DNA of 64,000 bases. Origin: Patescibacteria group bacterium (GTDB lineage Bacteria; Patescibacteriota; Patescibacteriia; UBA9570; JAHJKD01). The position numbers were made by a program, and so were the translations under genes. The notes under the pieces are model-generated. The model was not told the origin of the DNA and searched no databases. It worked only from the letters and a program-made list of their open reading frames with translations. How positions within the stretch are numbered: the stretch's first letter is position 1; each line of letters begins with the position of its first letter. Location: the NCBI GenBank assembly GCA_043798935.1, contig JAZDOC010000022.1, positions 15,299-79,298 on the forward strand. Direction: 5' to 3'. This document shows, one piece after another, positions 34,976 through 44,774 of the stretch.

Positions 34976-36495
34976 AACAACCGATTATTTTAGCCATTAT
35001 GGATGGTTGGGGAATGGCCCCGGCCAATAAAGGTAATGCCATTACTTTGGCCAAGACGCCAAATTTAGATTATCTAAATAAAGAATATCCACATACACTC
35101 TTAAGAGCTTCTGGTTCAGTCGTGGGCTTGCCGATTGAACAAGACGGGAACTCTGAAGCCGGGCACATGAATATCGGCGCCGGTCGCATTGTTGAGCAAG
35201 ACGCCATGATTGTTAATCATCATATCTACGACGGCACTTTTTATAAAAATGCGGCTCTGCAAACCGCGATTGACCACGCTCAGTCTAATAAATCACGTCT
35301 TCATTTAATGGGTCTATTAACCGACGGTATGAGCGCTCATGCTTATCCGGATCATGTTTATGCGCTTTTAGATTTATTACGCAAAAAAGGAGTAAAAGAA
35401 GTTTATTTGCATTTATTTACCGATGGTCGTGATGCACCACAACATGATGCTATAAAATATCTGCGTCGCCTGGAAAGTTTTTTTTCTAATGGTGAAAAAA
35501 TTGCTACCATCATGGGTCGGTATTTTGCCATGGAGCGTAATAAGCGCTGGGACATTACAGAACAGGCTTACAATCTTTTAACTCTGGGTGAATCAGTGCA
35601 TCAAGCCAAAGATGCAGAATCAGCAATTTTAAGAGCTTATAATCAAAATAAAACTGATGAGTTTATCGAGCCGACTTTAATTGATAAAAAAGGATTAATT
35701 CAAGATAATGATTCAGTTATATTTTTTAATCTGCGATCCGATCGCACTCGTCAGTTATCCAAAGCTTTTGTTCAACCCGAATTTAATAAAAAAAATCCGG
35801 GATCATTTATTCGTAAGAAAATTATTAAAAATTTAAAATTCGTGGCCATGACAGATTTTGGCCCGGATTTAGACCATATATTAAGCGCTTTTCCGTCGGT
35901 TGATGTGCCCGATACTTTGCCCATGGAATTAGCCGGTAAAAAACAACTTTATATTGCCGAGAGCGAAAAATACGCGCATGTCACTTATTTTTTTAATGGC
36001 GGATATGCTGAAACCGTTGGCGGGGAAGATCGAGTAAAAATTCCTTCACCCGACGTAAACAGGTACGACCAGGCTCCGGAAATGAGTGCGGCTAAAATTA
36101 CAAAAACTGTTGTGGATTTTATTAAACAAGATGCTTACGATTTTTATTGCATTAATTATGCCAATCCCGATATGGTCGCTCACACCGGAAACCTTGAAGC
36201 CAGCATCAAGGCTTGTGAATTTATTGATAAACAAATTGGCGAACTTTATAAACAAGTTAAAAATAAAAACGGTATTTTAATTATAACGGCTGATCATGGC
36301 AATGCTGAAGAGCTAATTAATCTTGAGACCGGTGAAGTAGACACGAAACATTCCACTAATCTCGTGCCGTTTATCGTCACGAAAAAGAATTTAAATCTTA
36401 AAAAAAATGGATGCTTAGGATGTATAGCGCCCACTATTTTAAAATTATTTAATTTACCGCCAGCTAAATTGATGAGCGAAAAATCTTTATGTTAA
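34972..36495 (+). CDS. gpmI: 2,3-bisphosphoglycerate-independent phosphoglycerate mutase, copy 1
   Basis: MDGWG, GNSEAGH, DGRD, GRYFAM, AESEKYAHVT, NPDMVAHTG, TADHGNAE. Confidence 0.95.
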   Translation: MKQPIILAIMDGWGMAPANKGNAITLAKTPNLDYLNKEYPHTLLRASGSVVGLPIEQDGNSEAGHMNIGAGRIVEQDAMIVNHHIYDGTFYKNAALQTAIDHAQSNKSRLHLMGLLTDGMSAHAYPDHVYALLDLLRKKGVKEVYLHLFTDGRDAPQHDAIKYLRRLESFFSNGEKIATIMGRYFAMERNKRWDITEQAYNLLTLGESVHQAKDAESAILRAYNQNKTDEFIEPTLIDKKGLIQDNDSVIFFNLRSDRTRQLSKAFVQPEFNKKNPGSFIRKKIIKNLKFVAMTDFGPDLDHILSAFPSVDVPDTLPMELAGKKQLYIAESEKYAHVTYFFNGGYAETVGGEDRVKIPSPDVNRYDQAPEMSAAKITKTVVDFIKQDAYDFYCINYANPDMVAHTGNLEASIKACEFIDKQIGELYKQVKNKNGILIITADHGNAEELINLETGEVDTKHSTNLVPFIVTKKNLNLKKNGCLGCIAPTILKLFNLPPAKLMSEKSLC

Positions 36496-38075
36496 ACGAA
36501 CCTTTTCCAGTAGTATTATTAATTCTTGATGGTTTTGGTATAGCCACGCCCTCGCGCGGGAATGCAATTAGTATGGCTTATACGCCTAATTTTACCAACC
36601 TTATAAATACTTATCCGGCTACAACATTGCAAGCATCGGGTGAAATGGTAGGGTTGCCGTTTGCTGAAATGGGTAACAGCGAGGTCGGGCATTTAAATAT
36701 TGGTGGTGGCCGGAAAGTTGATCAAAATTTACAGCTTTTGAACAATAAAATCATGGACAACAGTTTTGCTGAAAATCAGGCTTTTGCCAAAGCTATCCAG
36801 CATGTAAAAAATAATAATTCCCGCTTGCATATTATGGGTCTTACTAGTGAAGGCGGTATTCATAGTGCGCTTAATCATCTTTATGCTCTGCTTGAAATAT
36901 GTCAGCAACAGGAAATTAAAGAAGTATATATTCATGCATTTTTAGATGGTCGAGACACAGCTCACAACAGTGGTTTAAAATATATTTCTGATTTAGAAAA
37001 TCGCATGCGATCCATGGGCGTGGGTAAAATTGCTAGTTTAGCCGGTCGGTTTTATGCCATGGATAGAGATAATCATTGGGATCGAATTGCCAAAGCTTAT
37101 CGTGCTATGGTTTTAGGCCAAGCCGACTACCAAGCTGACAATGCCTTACAAGCCATTGAAGATTCATATCATCGGCAAGTATTTGATGAAGAATTCATTC
37201 CCACCGTTATTACTGACCAAGGCAAACCCGTAGCCACGATTCAAGATAATGACTCCTTAATATTTATTAACTTTCGAGCTGATCGTGCCCGCCAGATGAC
37301 TAAAGCTTTTTGCTTGCCTGGTTTTGATAAATTTTCAGAGCACAGTTATATGCGTAATTTGTGTTTTGCGACCATGATGGAGTATGAAAAAAATTTACCG
37401 GTTAATGTAGCATTTTTTCCGGATAAAATAAACATGCCACTGGCGCGAGTTATCTCTGAAGCCGGCTTGCGTCAAATTCATATTGCCGAAACGGAAAAAT
37501 ACGCTCACGTCACTTTCTTCTTTAATGGTGGTCGAGAAGAGGCGTTTACTAATGAAGATCGGGTAATTATTCCATCTCCGGCAGTATCGAGCTATGCCCA
37601 AGCGCCACAAATGAGCGCTATGTCCGTAAAAGATAAAATTGTTGAAGCCATTAACGGTGGCGAGTATCATTTTATTTTGGCTAACTTTGCCAATGCCGAT
37701 ATGGTGGGTCATACGGGCGATATTGCAGCCGCAAAAATTGCCGTAGAAACATTAGATAGATGTTTAGGCGAAATTGTTCCGGCGTTATTAAATACTAATG
37801 GTACTTTAATTATTACGGCTGATCATGGTAATGCCGAAGAAATGCTAAATTTAGTGGACGGTAATATTAATAAAGAACACTCTACTAATCCGGTGCCGTT
37901 TATTTTAGTTGGACGTCGCTGGATGGGAAGAAAAAATATGTGGCCAACTACCATGGCCGGAGATTTAAGCTATAACATTCCATCAGGCGTACTATCTGAT
38001 ATCGCACCCACAGTTTTAAATATTATGAATTTACCGATTCCGGCCGAGATGACACAAGCATCATTATTAAGATAA
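36489..38075 (+). CDS. gpmI: 2,3-bisphosphoglycerate-independent phosphoglycerate mutase, copy 2
   Basis: LDGFG, GNSEVGH, DGRD, GRFYAMDRD, AETEKYAHVT, DMVGHTG, TADHGNAE. Confidence 0.95.
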   Translation: MLNEPFPVVLLILDGFGIATPSRGNAISMAYTPNFTNLINTYPATTLQASGEMVGLPFAEMGNSEVGHLNIGGGRKVDQNLQLLNNKIMDNSFAENQAFAKAIQHVKNNNSRLHIMGLTSEGGIHSALNHLYALLEICQQQEIKEVYIHAFLDGRDTAHNSGLKYISDLENRMRSMGVGKIASLAGRFYAMDRDNHWDRIAKAYRAMVLGQADYQADNALQAIEDSYHRQVFDEEFIPTVITDQGKPVATIQDNDSLIFINFRADRARQMTKAFCLPGFDKFSEHSYMRNLCFATMMEYEKNLPVNVAFFPDKINMPLARVISEAGLRQIHIAETEKYAHVTFFFNGGREEAFTNEDRVIIPSPAVSSYAQAPQMSAMSVKDKIVEAINGGEYHFILANFANADMVGHTGDIAAAKIAVETLDRCLGEIVPALLNTNGTLIITADHGNAEEMLNLVDGNINKEHSTNPVPFILVGRRWMGRKNMWPTTMAGDLSYNIPSGVLSDIAPTVLNIMNLPIPAEMTQASLLR

Positions 38076-38083
38076 AAAATATT

Positions 38084-39043
38084 ATGAAATACGACGTAGT
38101 GTGCATGGGTTCGTGTGTAAGAGATATTGTTTTTTACACCAGTGAAGCCGAGTTTCTGAAAAATCCTAAAAATGATCCCACTAAAGTTTTTTTATTGGGG
38201 TTCGAGTATGGCGCAAAAATAAAAAGTGATGAAGTTTATTATTCGTTTGGCGGCGGCGCTGCCAACACGGCCATTAATTTTGCCAACTTGAATTTAAAAA
38301 CCGCCATTATATCGGCTGTAGGGGATGATGGTCTGGGCGCAGAAATAATTAATCGTTTAAAACAAAAAAAAGTCGATTCAAAATTTATCAGCGTGGAAAA
38401 AAAATTACCAACTGGCCTATCTTTTTTAGTGGTCGATAAAAATTCTAACGAACATGTGGTTTTAGTCTCTTACGGGGCAAATAACGGGCTCAAAAAAATA
38501 CCCCATATTGATACCAAATGGCTCTATGTTTCTTCATTAAGCACAAATAAATGGGCGCATCTAATGGATGAAGCTATTAGAACCAAAGTGCAAATTGCTT
38601 GGAACCCGGGAGCTACACAGTTAAAAGCAGGCTACATGAAACTAAAAAAATATTTTAAATATACTGATGTCTTATTACTTAATAAAGACGAGGCCATAGA
38701 GCTTTGTCTTTCAGCTGGAATTAAATTAAAAAAATGGGATGAAAAAAAATTAGCCGAAATTATTTGGAGCTGGGGAGTTGGGCTTGTATCCATTACCGAC
38801 GGCATAAAAGGTGTTTGGGTTTATTATGCTAATAAACATTATTATAAAAAACCGCATCACGGTAAACCAAAAGATACTACTGGCGCCGGTGATTGTTTTG
38901 GTTCAACTTTAATTGCCGGGTTAATTAAAACCAAAGGCGATATTAACAAGTCTTTAGACCTGGCTATAAAAAATTCTTCAGCTTTAGTTTTTAAACCTGG
39001 CGCACAAGAAGGTTTATTAACCTGGCAAGAGCTTAATAAATAA
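38084..39043 (+). CDS. PfkB/ribokinase-family carbohydrate kinase
   Basis: GGGAANTA, AVGDDGLG, NKDEA, DTTGAGDCF. Confidence 0.9.
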   Translation: MKYDVVCMGSCVRDIVFYTSEAEFLKNPKNDPTKVFLLGFEYGAKIKSDEVYYSFGGGAANTAINFANLNLKTAIISAVGDDGLGAEIINRLKQKKVDSKFISVEKKLPTGLSFLVVDKNSNEHVVLVSYGANNGLKKIPHIDTKWLYVSSLSTNKWAHLMDEAIRTKVQIAWNPGATQLKAGYMKLKKYFKYTDVLLLNKDEAIELCLSAGIKLKKWDEKKLAEIIWSWGVGLVSITDGIKGVWVYYANKHYYKKPHHGKPKDTTGAGDCFGSTLIAGLIKTKGDINKSLDLAIKNSSALVFKPGAQEGLLTWQELNK

Positions 39044-39059
39044 TTTCCAATTTTCAATT

Positions 39060-40001
39060 ATGCAGGCAAAAGTTGATCATGAGTTTTTTATAAGGCAGGC
39101 TTTCTTACAAGCTGAAAAGGGGCGGGGGCAAGTTTCGCCTAATCCTTTAGTGGGTGCAATTATTGTAAAAGACGGAATAATTTTAGCTCGCGGTTATCAT
39201 CATAAATTTCAAGGCATTCACGGGGAAGTCGATGCTATAAACAAAGCTTTAAAAAAACATGGCCATAAGAAATTAAAAGGCGCTAGTTTATATGTAAACT
39301 TAGAGCCGTGCGCCCATTACGGCAGTAATCCACCTTGCACCGATATTATTTCCAGTTATAATTTTAAACAAGTTATATTTTCAAATTTAGATCCGAATCC
39401 ACTGGTAAACGGAAAAGGTAAAAGAGCTTTAAGAAAGTTTAATATTAATGTGATTGACAAAATTTTAGAATCTGAAGGCAAAGAATTAAACAAAGTGTAT
39501 TTCAAAAGCATTACTCAAAAAATGCCGTTTATTTATTTAAAAACAGCCTTAAGTTTAGACGGTAAAATTACTCACCCCAATAACAAATATATTAGTTCCA
39601 AACCGGCTTTGCAATATGTGCATGAGCTAAGAAGCCAAGTAGATGCTATTTTAGTAGGGTATAATACTAATGTTATAGATAAACCAAAATTAACTTGTCA
39701 CATTAAAGGTAAAAGAAATCCAAAAAAACTTATTTTGCCAAAAAACAAAATTGATTTAGTAAAATATTTGCATGATTTATACATGAAAGGAATTTGCAGT
39801 ATTTTGGTTGAGGGTGGTAGCCAAGTTATTACAAGTTTTTTAGAACAACAATTAGCTGATAAAGTAATTTTAATATATACGCCGGAAATATTTGGCAAAC
39901 AACAGCTTAACTATTGCCAAAAGCTGTCTAAAGTAGTTAAATTACAACAAATTCAAACCAAAATTTTAGGAAAAAATATCATAATTGAAGGATATGCTTG
40001 A
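39060..40001 (+). CDS. ribD: Riboflavin biosynthesis deaminase/reductase
   Basis: PNPLVGA, HGEV, LEPCAHYG..PPC, SLDGKI, LVEGG. Confidence 0.93.
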   Translation: MQAKVDHEFFIRQAFLQAEKGRGQVSPNPLVGAIIVKDGIILARGYHHKFQGIHGEVDAINKALKKHGHKKLKGASLYVNLEPCAHYGSNPPCTDIISSYNFKQVIFSNLDPNPLVNGKGKRALRKFNINVIDKILESEGKELNKVYFKSITQKMPFIYLKTALSLDGKITHPNNKYISSKPALQYVHELRSQVDAILVGYNTNVIDKPKLTCHIKGKRNPKKLILPKNKIDLVKYLHDLYMKGICSILVEGGSQVITSFLEQQLADKVILIYTPEIFGKQQLNYCQKLSKVVKLQQIQTKILGKNIIIEGYA

Positions 40002-41184
40002 TAAAATAGAAAAAGCTATTAAAGATATTAAAGCCGGCAAAATAGTAGTTGTGCTTGATGACGAAAACCGTGAAAATGAGGGTGATCTTATTATGGCGGC
40101 TGAAAAAGTTAAATCCGAACATATAAATTTTATGGCAATTCATGGCCGGGGCTTGATTTGCGTCCCCATGGAAGCTGGCGAATTAAATCGTTTAGAGTTA
40201 AAACCAATGGTCGAGAAAAATACTGAAGCTCATGGCACTGGCTTTACTGTTTCAGTCGACGCCAAAGCCAAAACTTCTACTGGTATTTCTGCTCGAGACC
40301 GCGCTACCACAATAAAAACTTTAATTAGTAAAAAAGCTAAACCTCAAGATCTTTTACGACCTGGCCATATTTTTCCTTTACAAGCCAGGCCGGGCGGTGT
40401 TTTGGAGCGGGTTGGCCACACTGAAGCCGCAGTTGATTTGGCACGGCTGGCTGGCTCAAAACCGGCCGGTGTAATTTGTGAAATTATGAACACCGACGGC
40501 ACAATGGCACGGCTGACAGATTTAATTAAATTTTCAAAACTTCATAAACTAACAATTATTTCTATTGCCGATTTAATTAAATATCGCAAAAAACAGGAAA
40601 AATTAATTACTAAACTGGTCGAAACAAAAATACCCACAGCTTATGGCGAATTTAAAATCATTGTTTATGAATCAAAAATAGATAACTATCAGCACTTAGC
40701 TATTATCAAAGGAAATATTAGAAATAAAAAGAATGTATTAGTGCGCGTGCATAGCGAATGCTTTACCGGTGATATATTAAAATCAAAAAAATGTGATTGT
40801 GGAGAACAGCTCGACTCGGCCATGAAAAAAATTGCTCACAAAAAACAAGGAGTGATTTTATATATGCGCCAAGAGGGAAGAGGCATCGGGCTGGTTAATA
40901 AATTGCACGCTTATTGCTTACAAGCCAAAGGCAGAGATACGGTTGAAGCCAATCATGAACTGGGTTTTAAAGATGATTTAAGAGATTATGGCATCGGCGC
41001 TCAAATTCTCGCTGATTTAGGTTTAACTTCCATTAATTTATTAACCAATAATCCACGAAAAGTAGTGGGGCTTGAAGCATATAACTTAAAAATTACTAAA
41101 ATAATTCCACTAAAAATAAAACCAAATAAATATAATAAAAAGTATTTGCAAGTTAAAAAGAAGAAATTAGGGCATAATTTATAA
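39994..41184 (+). CDS. ribBA: DHBP synthase / GTP cyclohydrolase II
   Basis: DDENRENEGD, RPGHIFPL, GHTEA, RVHSECFTGD, CDCGEQL, QEGRGIGL, LTNNP; start set at ATG 39994. Confidence 0.96.
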   Translation: MLDKIEKAIKDIKAGKIVVVLDDENRENEGDLIMAAEKVKSEHINFMAIHGRGLICVPMEAGELNRLELKPMVEKNTEAHGTGFTVSVDAKAKTSTGISARDRATTIKTLISKKAKPQDLLRPGHIFPLQARPGGVLERVGHTEAAVDLARLAGSKPAGVICEIMNTDGTMARLTDLIKFSKLHKLTIISIADLIKYRKKQEKLITKLVETKIPTAYGEFKIIVYESKIDNYQHLAIIKGNIRNKKNVLVRVHSECFTGDILKSKKCDCGEQLDSAMKKIAHKKQGVILYMRQEGRGIGLVNKLHAYCLQAKGRDTVEANHELGFKDDLRDYGIGAQILADLGLTSINLLTNNPRKVVGLEAYNLKITKIIPLKIKPNKYNKKYLQVKKKKLGHNL

Positions 41185-41199
41185 TTATTTTAAAAAAAT

Positions 41200-42009
41200 A
41201 TGAATGAAGATTTATTAAGAACAATTAGTATGCGACAAAACAATGAGGGGGATAAAACATTATTATCTCCTGAAGACTCCAAATATAAACAGGCAGAATT
41301 AATGCCGGCAGTTGAAGCTCAACTTGAAAAAATGCAAAAACATCCGGTCGTTCAAAAAATAGAAGAAATTTTAAAAGATCCAAAAATACAAGCTCTAAAA
41401 TATCATAATCGAGATCATACCATAGATGTAGTAAAGGAAGCAATTTTAATGGCACTATATGCAAATGAATTAGTAGCTAAAGGTGAAATGGATGCTAGTG
41501 AAGAATTCACAGAAAAAGATCTTGAGATGCTAGCTCTAGCTGCCTATGCACACGACATTGGTTTTTTAGTTGACGCAACAAAACAATTAGATAAAAACAA
41601 AACCGGCCACGAAGAAGTTGGTGCACAATTATTTTTATTTCAATTAGCAGAAGGTTCGAATTTAACTAGGCAGGAAGTAATGGTTATCAGCGAAGCCATT
41701 AAAGCCACGGAAGTTAAATTTGACACTAGCAGAGGTTGTTTATTGCAAACTCAAGATCCTAAAAATAAAATTGCCCGAGTTTTAATGGATGCGGATGTGG
41801 CAAATTTTGGCCGTGAAGATAGGAGTGATTGCACTATGCGATATGCAAAAGAACTAGGAATATCAGATGAAAAAATGTCGGTGTTTAAACAATCAACATT
41901 AAGTATGATGCGCAATCATTCTTGGCAATCCGTTGCTGGAAGAGAATTACGAGAATCACAAAAAAGATTAAATATAATAGCTTTACAATCAGATATCCAA
42001 AGTGCATGA
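41200..42009 (+). CDS. HD-domain metal-dependent phosphohydrolase
   Basis: YHNRDHT, AHDIG, HEEVGA, DADVA. Confidence 0.75.
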   Translation: MNEDLLRTISMRQNNEGDKTLLSPEDSKYKQAELMPAVEAQLEKMQKHPVVQKIEEILKDPKIQALKYHNRDHTIDVVKEAILMALYANELVAKGEMDASEEFTEKDLEMLALAAYAHDIGFLVDATKQLDKNKTGHEEVGAQLFLFQLAEGSNLTRQEVMVISEAIKATEVKFDTSRGCLLQTQDPKNKIARVLMDADVANFGREDRSDCTMRYAKELGISDEKMSVFKQSTLSMMRNHSWQSVAGRELRESQKRLNIIALQSDIQSA

Positions 42010-42782
42010 TAAAAATTACCGGCTCAATAATAAAAAAAATAAAAAAACCACTAGCCAAAGCACATAAAGGCGATAATGGTATTTTAACTATTATTGCTGG
42101 TTCAAAAAAATATCATGGTGCGCCACTTTTAGCCATTAATATTGCTAGTCGTTTTGTTGATCTGGTGTATTTTTATTCTAACGCCGAAAATCAAAAATTA
42201 GCAAACAAATTAAAATTAAAATCCAGCTGTTTTATCAATATCACTAATGAGGTGAATCTCGAGACGAGTTTGCTTAAATCAGATGCCATATTAATTGGAT
42301 CCGGTTTAGAAGTTAATAAGAAAAATAAATTATTAATCAACAAGATAATTAAAAAAAATAAAAATAAAAAATTTATTTTAGATGCTGGGGCACTAGCCAT
42401 AATAAATAAGATAAATTTATCTCATAATATAATAATTACGCCGCATGCTGATGAGTACAAGCAATTATTTGGAAAAATGTCACCACTTGAAGTAGTTAAA
42501 AAATATAAAATCACGTTAGTTTTAAAAGGAAAAACCGACATAGTAGCCACAAGTAAAAAAATGTATTATAATACAACCGGAAACAGCGGAATGACAAAAG
42601 GGGGAACCGGCGACGTATTAGCCGGTCTTATTGCGGCCTTAGCGTGCAATAATAATGCGCTTTTAGCCTCTTGTGCCGGTGTGTATTTAAATGGTTTAGC
42701 CGGAGATGCATTAAAAAAGAAAGTAGGCTATTTTTATAATGCTGACGATTTGCTAAAAATAATTCCTCAATTTATAAAATAA
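42006..42782 (+). CDS. nnrD: ADP-dependent NAD(P)H-hydrate dehydratase
   Basis: HKGDNG, IAGSKKYHGA, LDAGAL, TPHADE, LKG, GGTGDVLAG; start set at ATG 42006. Confidence 0.9.
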   Translation: MIKITGSIIKKIKKPLAKAHKGDNGILTIIAGSKKYHGAPLLAINIASRFVDLVYFYSNAENQKLANKLKLKSSCFINITNEVNLETSLLKSDAILIGSGLEVNKKNKLLINKIIKKNKNKKFILDAGALAIINKINLSHNIIITPHADEYKQLFGKMSPLEVVKKYKITLVLKGKTDIVATSKKMYYNTTGNSGMTKGGTGDVLAGLIAALACNNNALLASCAGVYLNGLAGDALKKKVGYFYNADDLLKIIPQFIK

Positions 42783-42795
42783 TTTTCAATAAAGC

Positions 42796-43719
42796 ATGAG
42801 CCCTAAGAAAAAAAACAACATTGTTTTATTCTCCGGAACAACCAATAAATCTTTAGCGAGAAAAATTGCCAAAGAGTTGGATGTAAAATTAGGCAAAGTA
42901 GTCATTAAGCATTTCTCGGACGGTGAAACGTATGTTAACGTCGAAGAAGACGTGAAAAATAAAAAAGTTTATTTTATTCAAAGCGGATCATATCCGGCCA
43001 ATGAAAGCTTGATGGAATTAATTATCATGTTGCACGCGTTAAAAAATAATTTATCACCTAAAAAGGTTATTGCAGTTGTGCCTTTTTATCCGTATCGACG
43101 TATGGAAAAAACCGTGGAGGCGGGTGAATCGCTGACTTTTGAATTAGTCGCTGATCTTCTTAAAACCGCCGGTATCGATAAAATTATTTGCATGGATTTA
43201 CACAAGCACCGATCCAAAAGATTTTTTAAATTCCAACGGCGCGAGCTTTTTGCCATGAGCGCAATTATAGAATATTTAAAAAAGAAAGATCTCAGCAACA
43301 TGGTTATTTTAGCACCCGATAAAGGTTCAATGCCGGAATCAAAAAAATATGCCAAAGCTTTAAACATTCCAATTGTTAAAGCTTACAAAAAAAGAAAGAA
43401 ACACGATGAGGCAATCATTAAAAAAATAGTGGGCGAAGTAAAAGACAAAGATGTAATAATCATTGATGACGAAATAAACACTGCCGGAACACTGGTGGGT
43501 GTTGTTAATGCCATAAAAGAACATGGCGCGCGCGATATTTATTTTGCTTGCACTCATCCGGTTTTATCAGGTCCGGCCATTGAACGCCTGAAAAATTCAT
43601 GCATTAAGGAAGTGGTCGTCACTGATACTATCGAACTGCCCGAAGAAAAATTAATCGATAAAATTAAAGTAATTTCCGTAGCCAAGATTTTTGCTGATGC
43701 CATTAGTAACGATCGATAA
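42796..43719 (+). CDS. prs: Ribose-phosphate pyrophosphokinase
   Basis: FSDGE, LMEL, DLH, APDKG, IIDDEINTAGTL, CTHPVLS, TDTI. Confidence 0.9.
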   Translation: MSPKKKNNIVLFSGTTNKSLARKIAKELDVKLGKVVIKHFSDGETYVNVEEDVKNKKVYFIQSGSYPANESLMELIIMLHALKNNLSPKKVIAVVPFYPYRRMEKTVEAGESLTFELVADLLKTAGIDKIICMDLHKHRSKRFFKFQRRELFAMSAIIEYLKKKDLSNMVILAPDKGSMPESKKYAKALNIPIVKAYKKRKKHDEAIIKKIVGEVKDKDVIIIDDEINTAGTLVGVVNAIKEHGARDIYFACTHPVLSGPAIERLKNSCIKEVVVTDTIELPEEKLIDKIKVISVAKIFADAISNDR

Positions 43720-43721
43720 TT

Positions 43722-44333
43722 ATGAAATTGCCTTCGCGTAATGAGTGTCAAAAAATATTCAATAAATATCATACACCGGTTCACATCATTAAACATTCTT
43801 TAGCCGTTAATAAAGTAGCAAATTATTTGGCTAAAAAATTAGTAATAGCAGGATGTAAAATAAATTTAGATTTAGTTGATCGGGCTTCACTGCTTCATGA
43901 TACTATTCGAGTAGCTGATATTAAAGGCGATTTGTTTGCTTATACGGATAAAAGCGATGAAACTAAAACTAACTTATTGTTCTGGCAAAAATTACAGAAA
44001 AAATTTCATAATCAACATCACGCCGAAGCCAGCTACCAAATATTTAAAAAGCAATATCTGGAAATGGCGCGAGTAATCAAAAAACATCGTTTAAGTGCAA
44101 TTTTGCGAGGTGAATTAAAAACCTGGGAAGAAAAAATCGTTTATTATGCCGATAAAAGAGTTGACCACGACAAGTTTGTATCAATAAAAAAAAGATTAAG
44201 CCAGGGCAGGAAAAGATGGCACTCAGTACCAAATACGCTTGATAATCAAGAACTGCTTAAACAGCTCACGGCACTGGAAAAACAAATTTTTTCAGCAATT
44301 AAAGTTAAACCCCAAAAAATAAATGATCTATAA
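43722..44333 (+). CDS. HD-domain protein
   Basis: HSLAV, LLHDT, HHAE, YYADKRV. Confidence 0.8.
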   Translation: MKLPSRNECQKIFNKYHTPVHIIKHSLAVNKVANYLAKKLVIAGCKINLDLVDRASLLHDTIRVADIKGDLFAYTDKSDETKTNLLFWQKLQKKFHNQHHAEASYQIFKKQYLEMARVIKKHRLSAILRGELKTWEEKIVYYADKRVDHDKFVSIKKRLSQGRKRWHSVPNTLDNQELLKQLTALEKQIFSAIKVKPQKINDL

Positions 44334-44772
44334 AGGTAAATTACCGGTTAAAAATGTTAAAAGCGTTGGCGCCATTATTATAAATGACCAGCAAAAAGTT
44401 TTAATTTTATTTCAAAAACAAAATCGATATTGGGAGTTTCCTAAAGGCAAAGTAGAGCTGGGCGAGGAAAATGATGAATTAGATACATTACGCCGGGAAA
44501 TTTTTGAAGAAGCTGGTTTAAAAAAAATAAAAGTTATCAAAGAATTCAGACATGGCTTCAATTACCAGTTTAAATTTGACAATTTTTTAATTAAAAAAAA
44601 TAATATTTTTTATTTAGCGAAAACTATTGAACCTGAAGAAGTGGTTCTGTCTGATGAACATTTAGAGTATAAGTGGGTAAGCTTACCAGCTGTAAATCGT
44701 TTTTTTAAACATAAAAATCAACGAGTGTTAATTTATAAATTAAGAGAATTTTTATCTCCGCCCGGCAAATAA
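44323..44772 (+). CDS. NUDIX hydrolase (Ap4A hydrolase-like)
   Basis: WEFPKGKVE...TLRREIFEEAGL Nudix box; LSDEHLEYKW. Confidence 0.85.
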   Translation: MIYKGKLPVKNVKSVGAIIINDQQKVLILFQKQNRYWEFPKGKVELGEENDELDTLRREIFEEAGLKKIKVIKEFRHGFNYQFKFDNFLIKKNNIFYLAKTIEPEEVVLSDEHLEYKWVSLPAVNRFFKHKNQRVLIYKLREFLSPPGK

Positions 44773-44774
44773 CC

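Noticed and set aside
41200-42009. HD protein as part of an anti-phage (Pycsar/CBASS/Cas3) system
   Set aside because: No cyclase, effector TM domain, helicase or cas genes adjacent.
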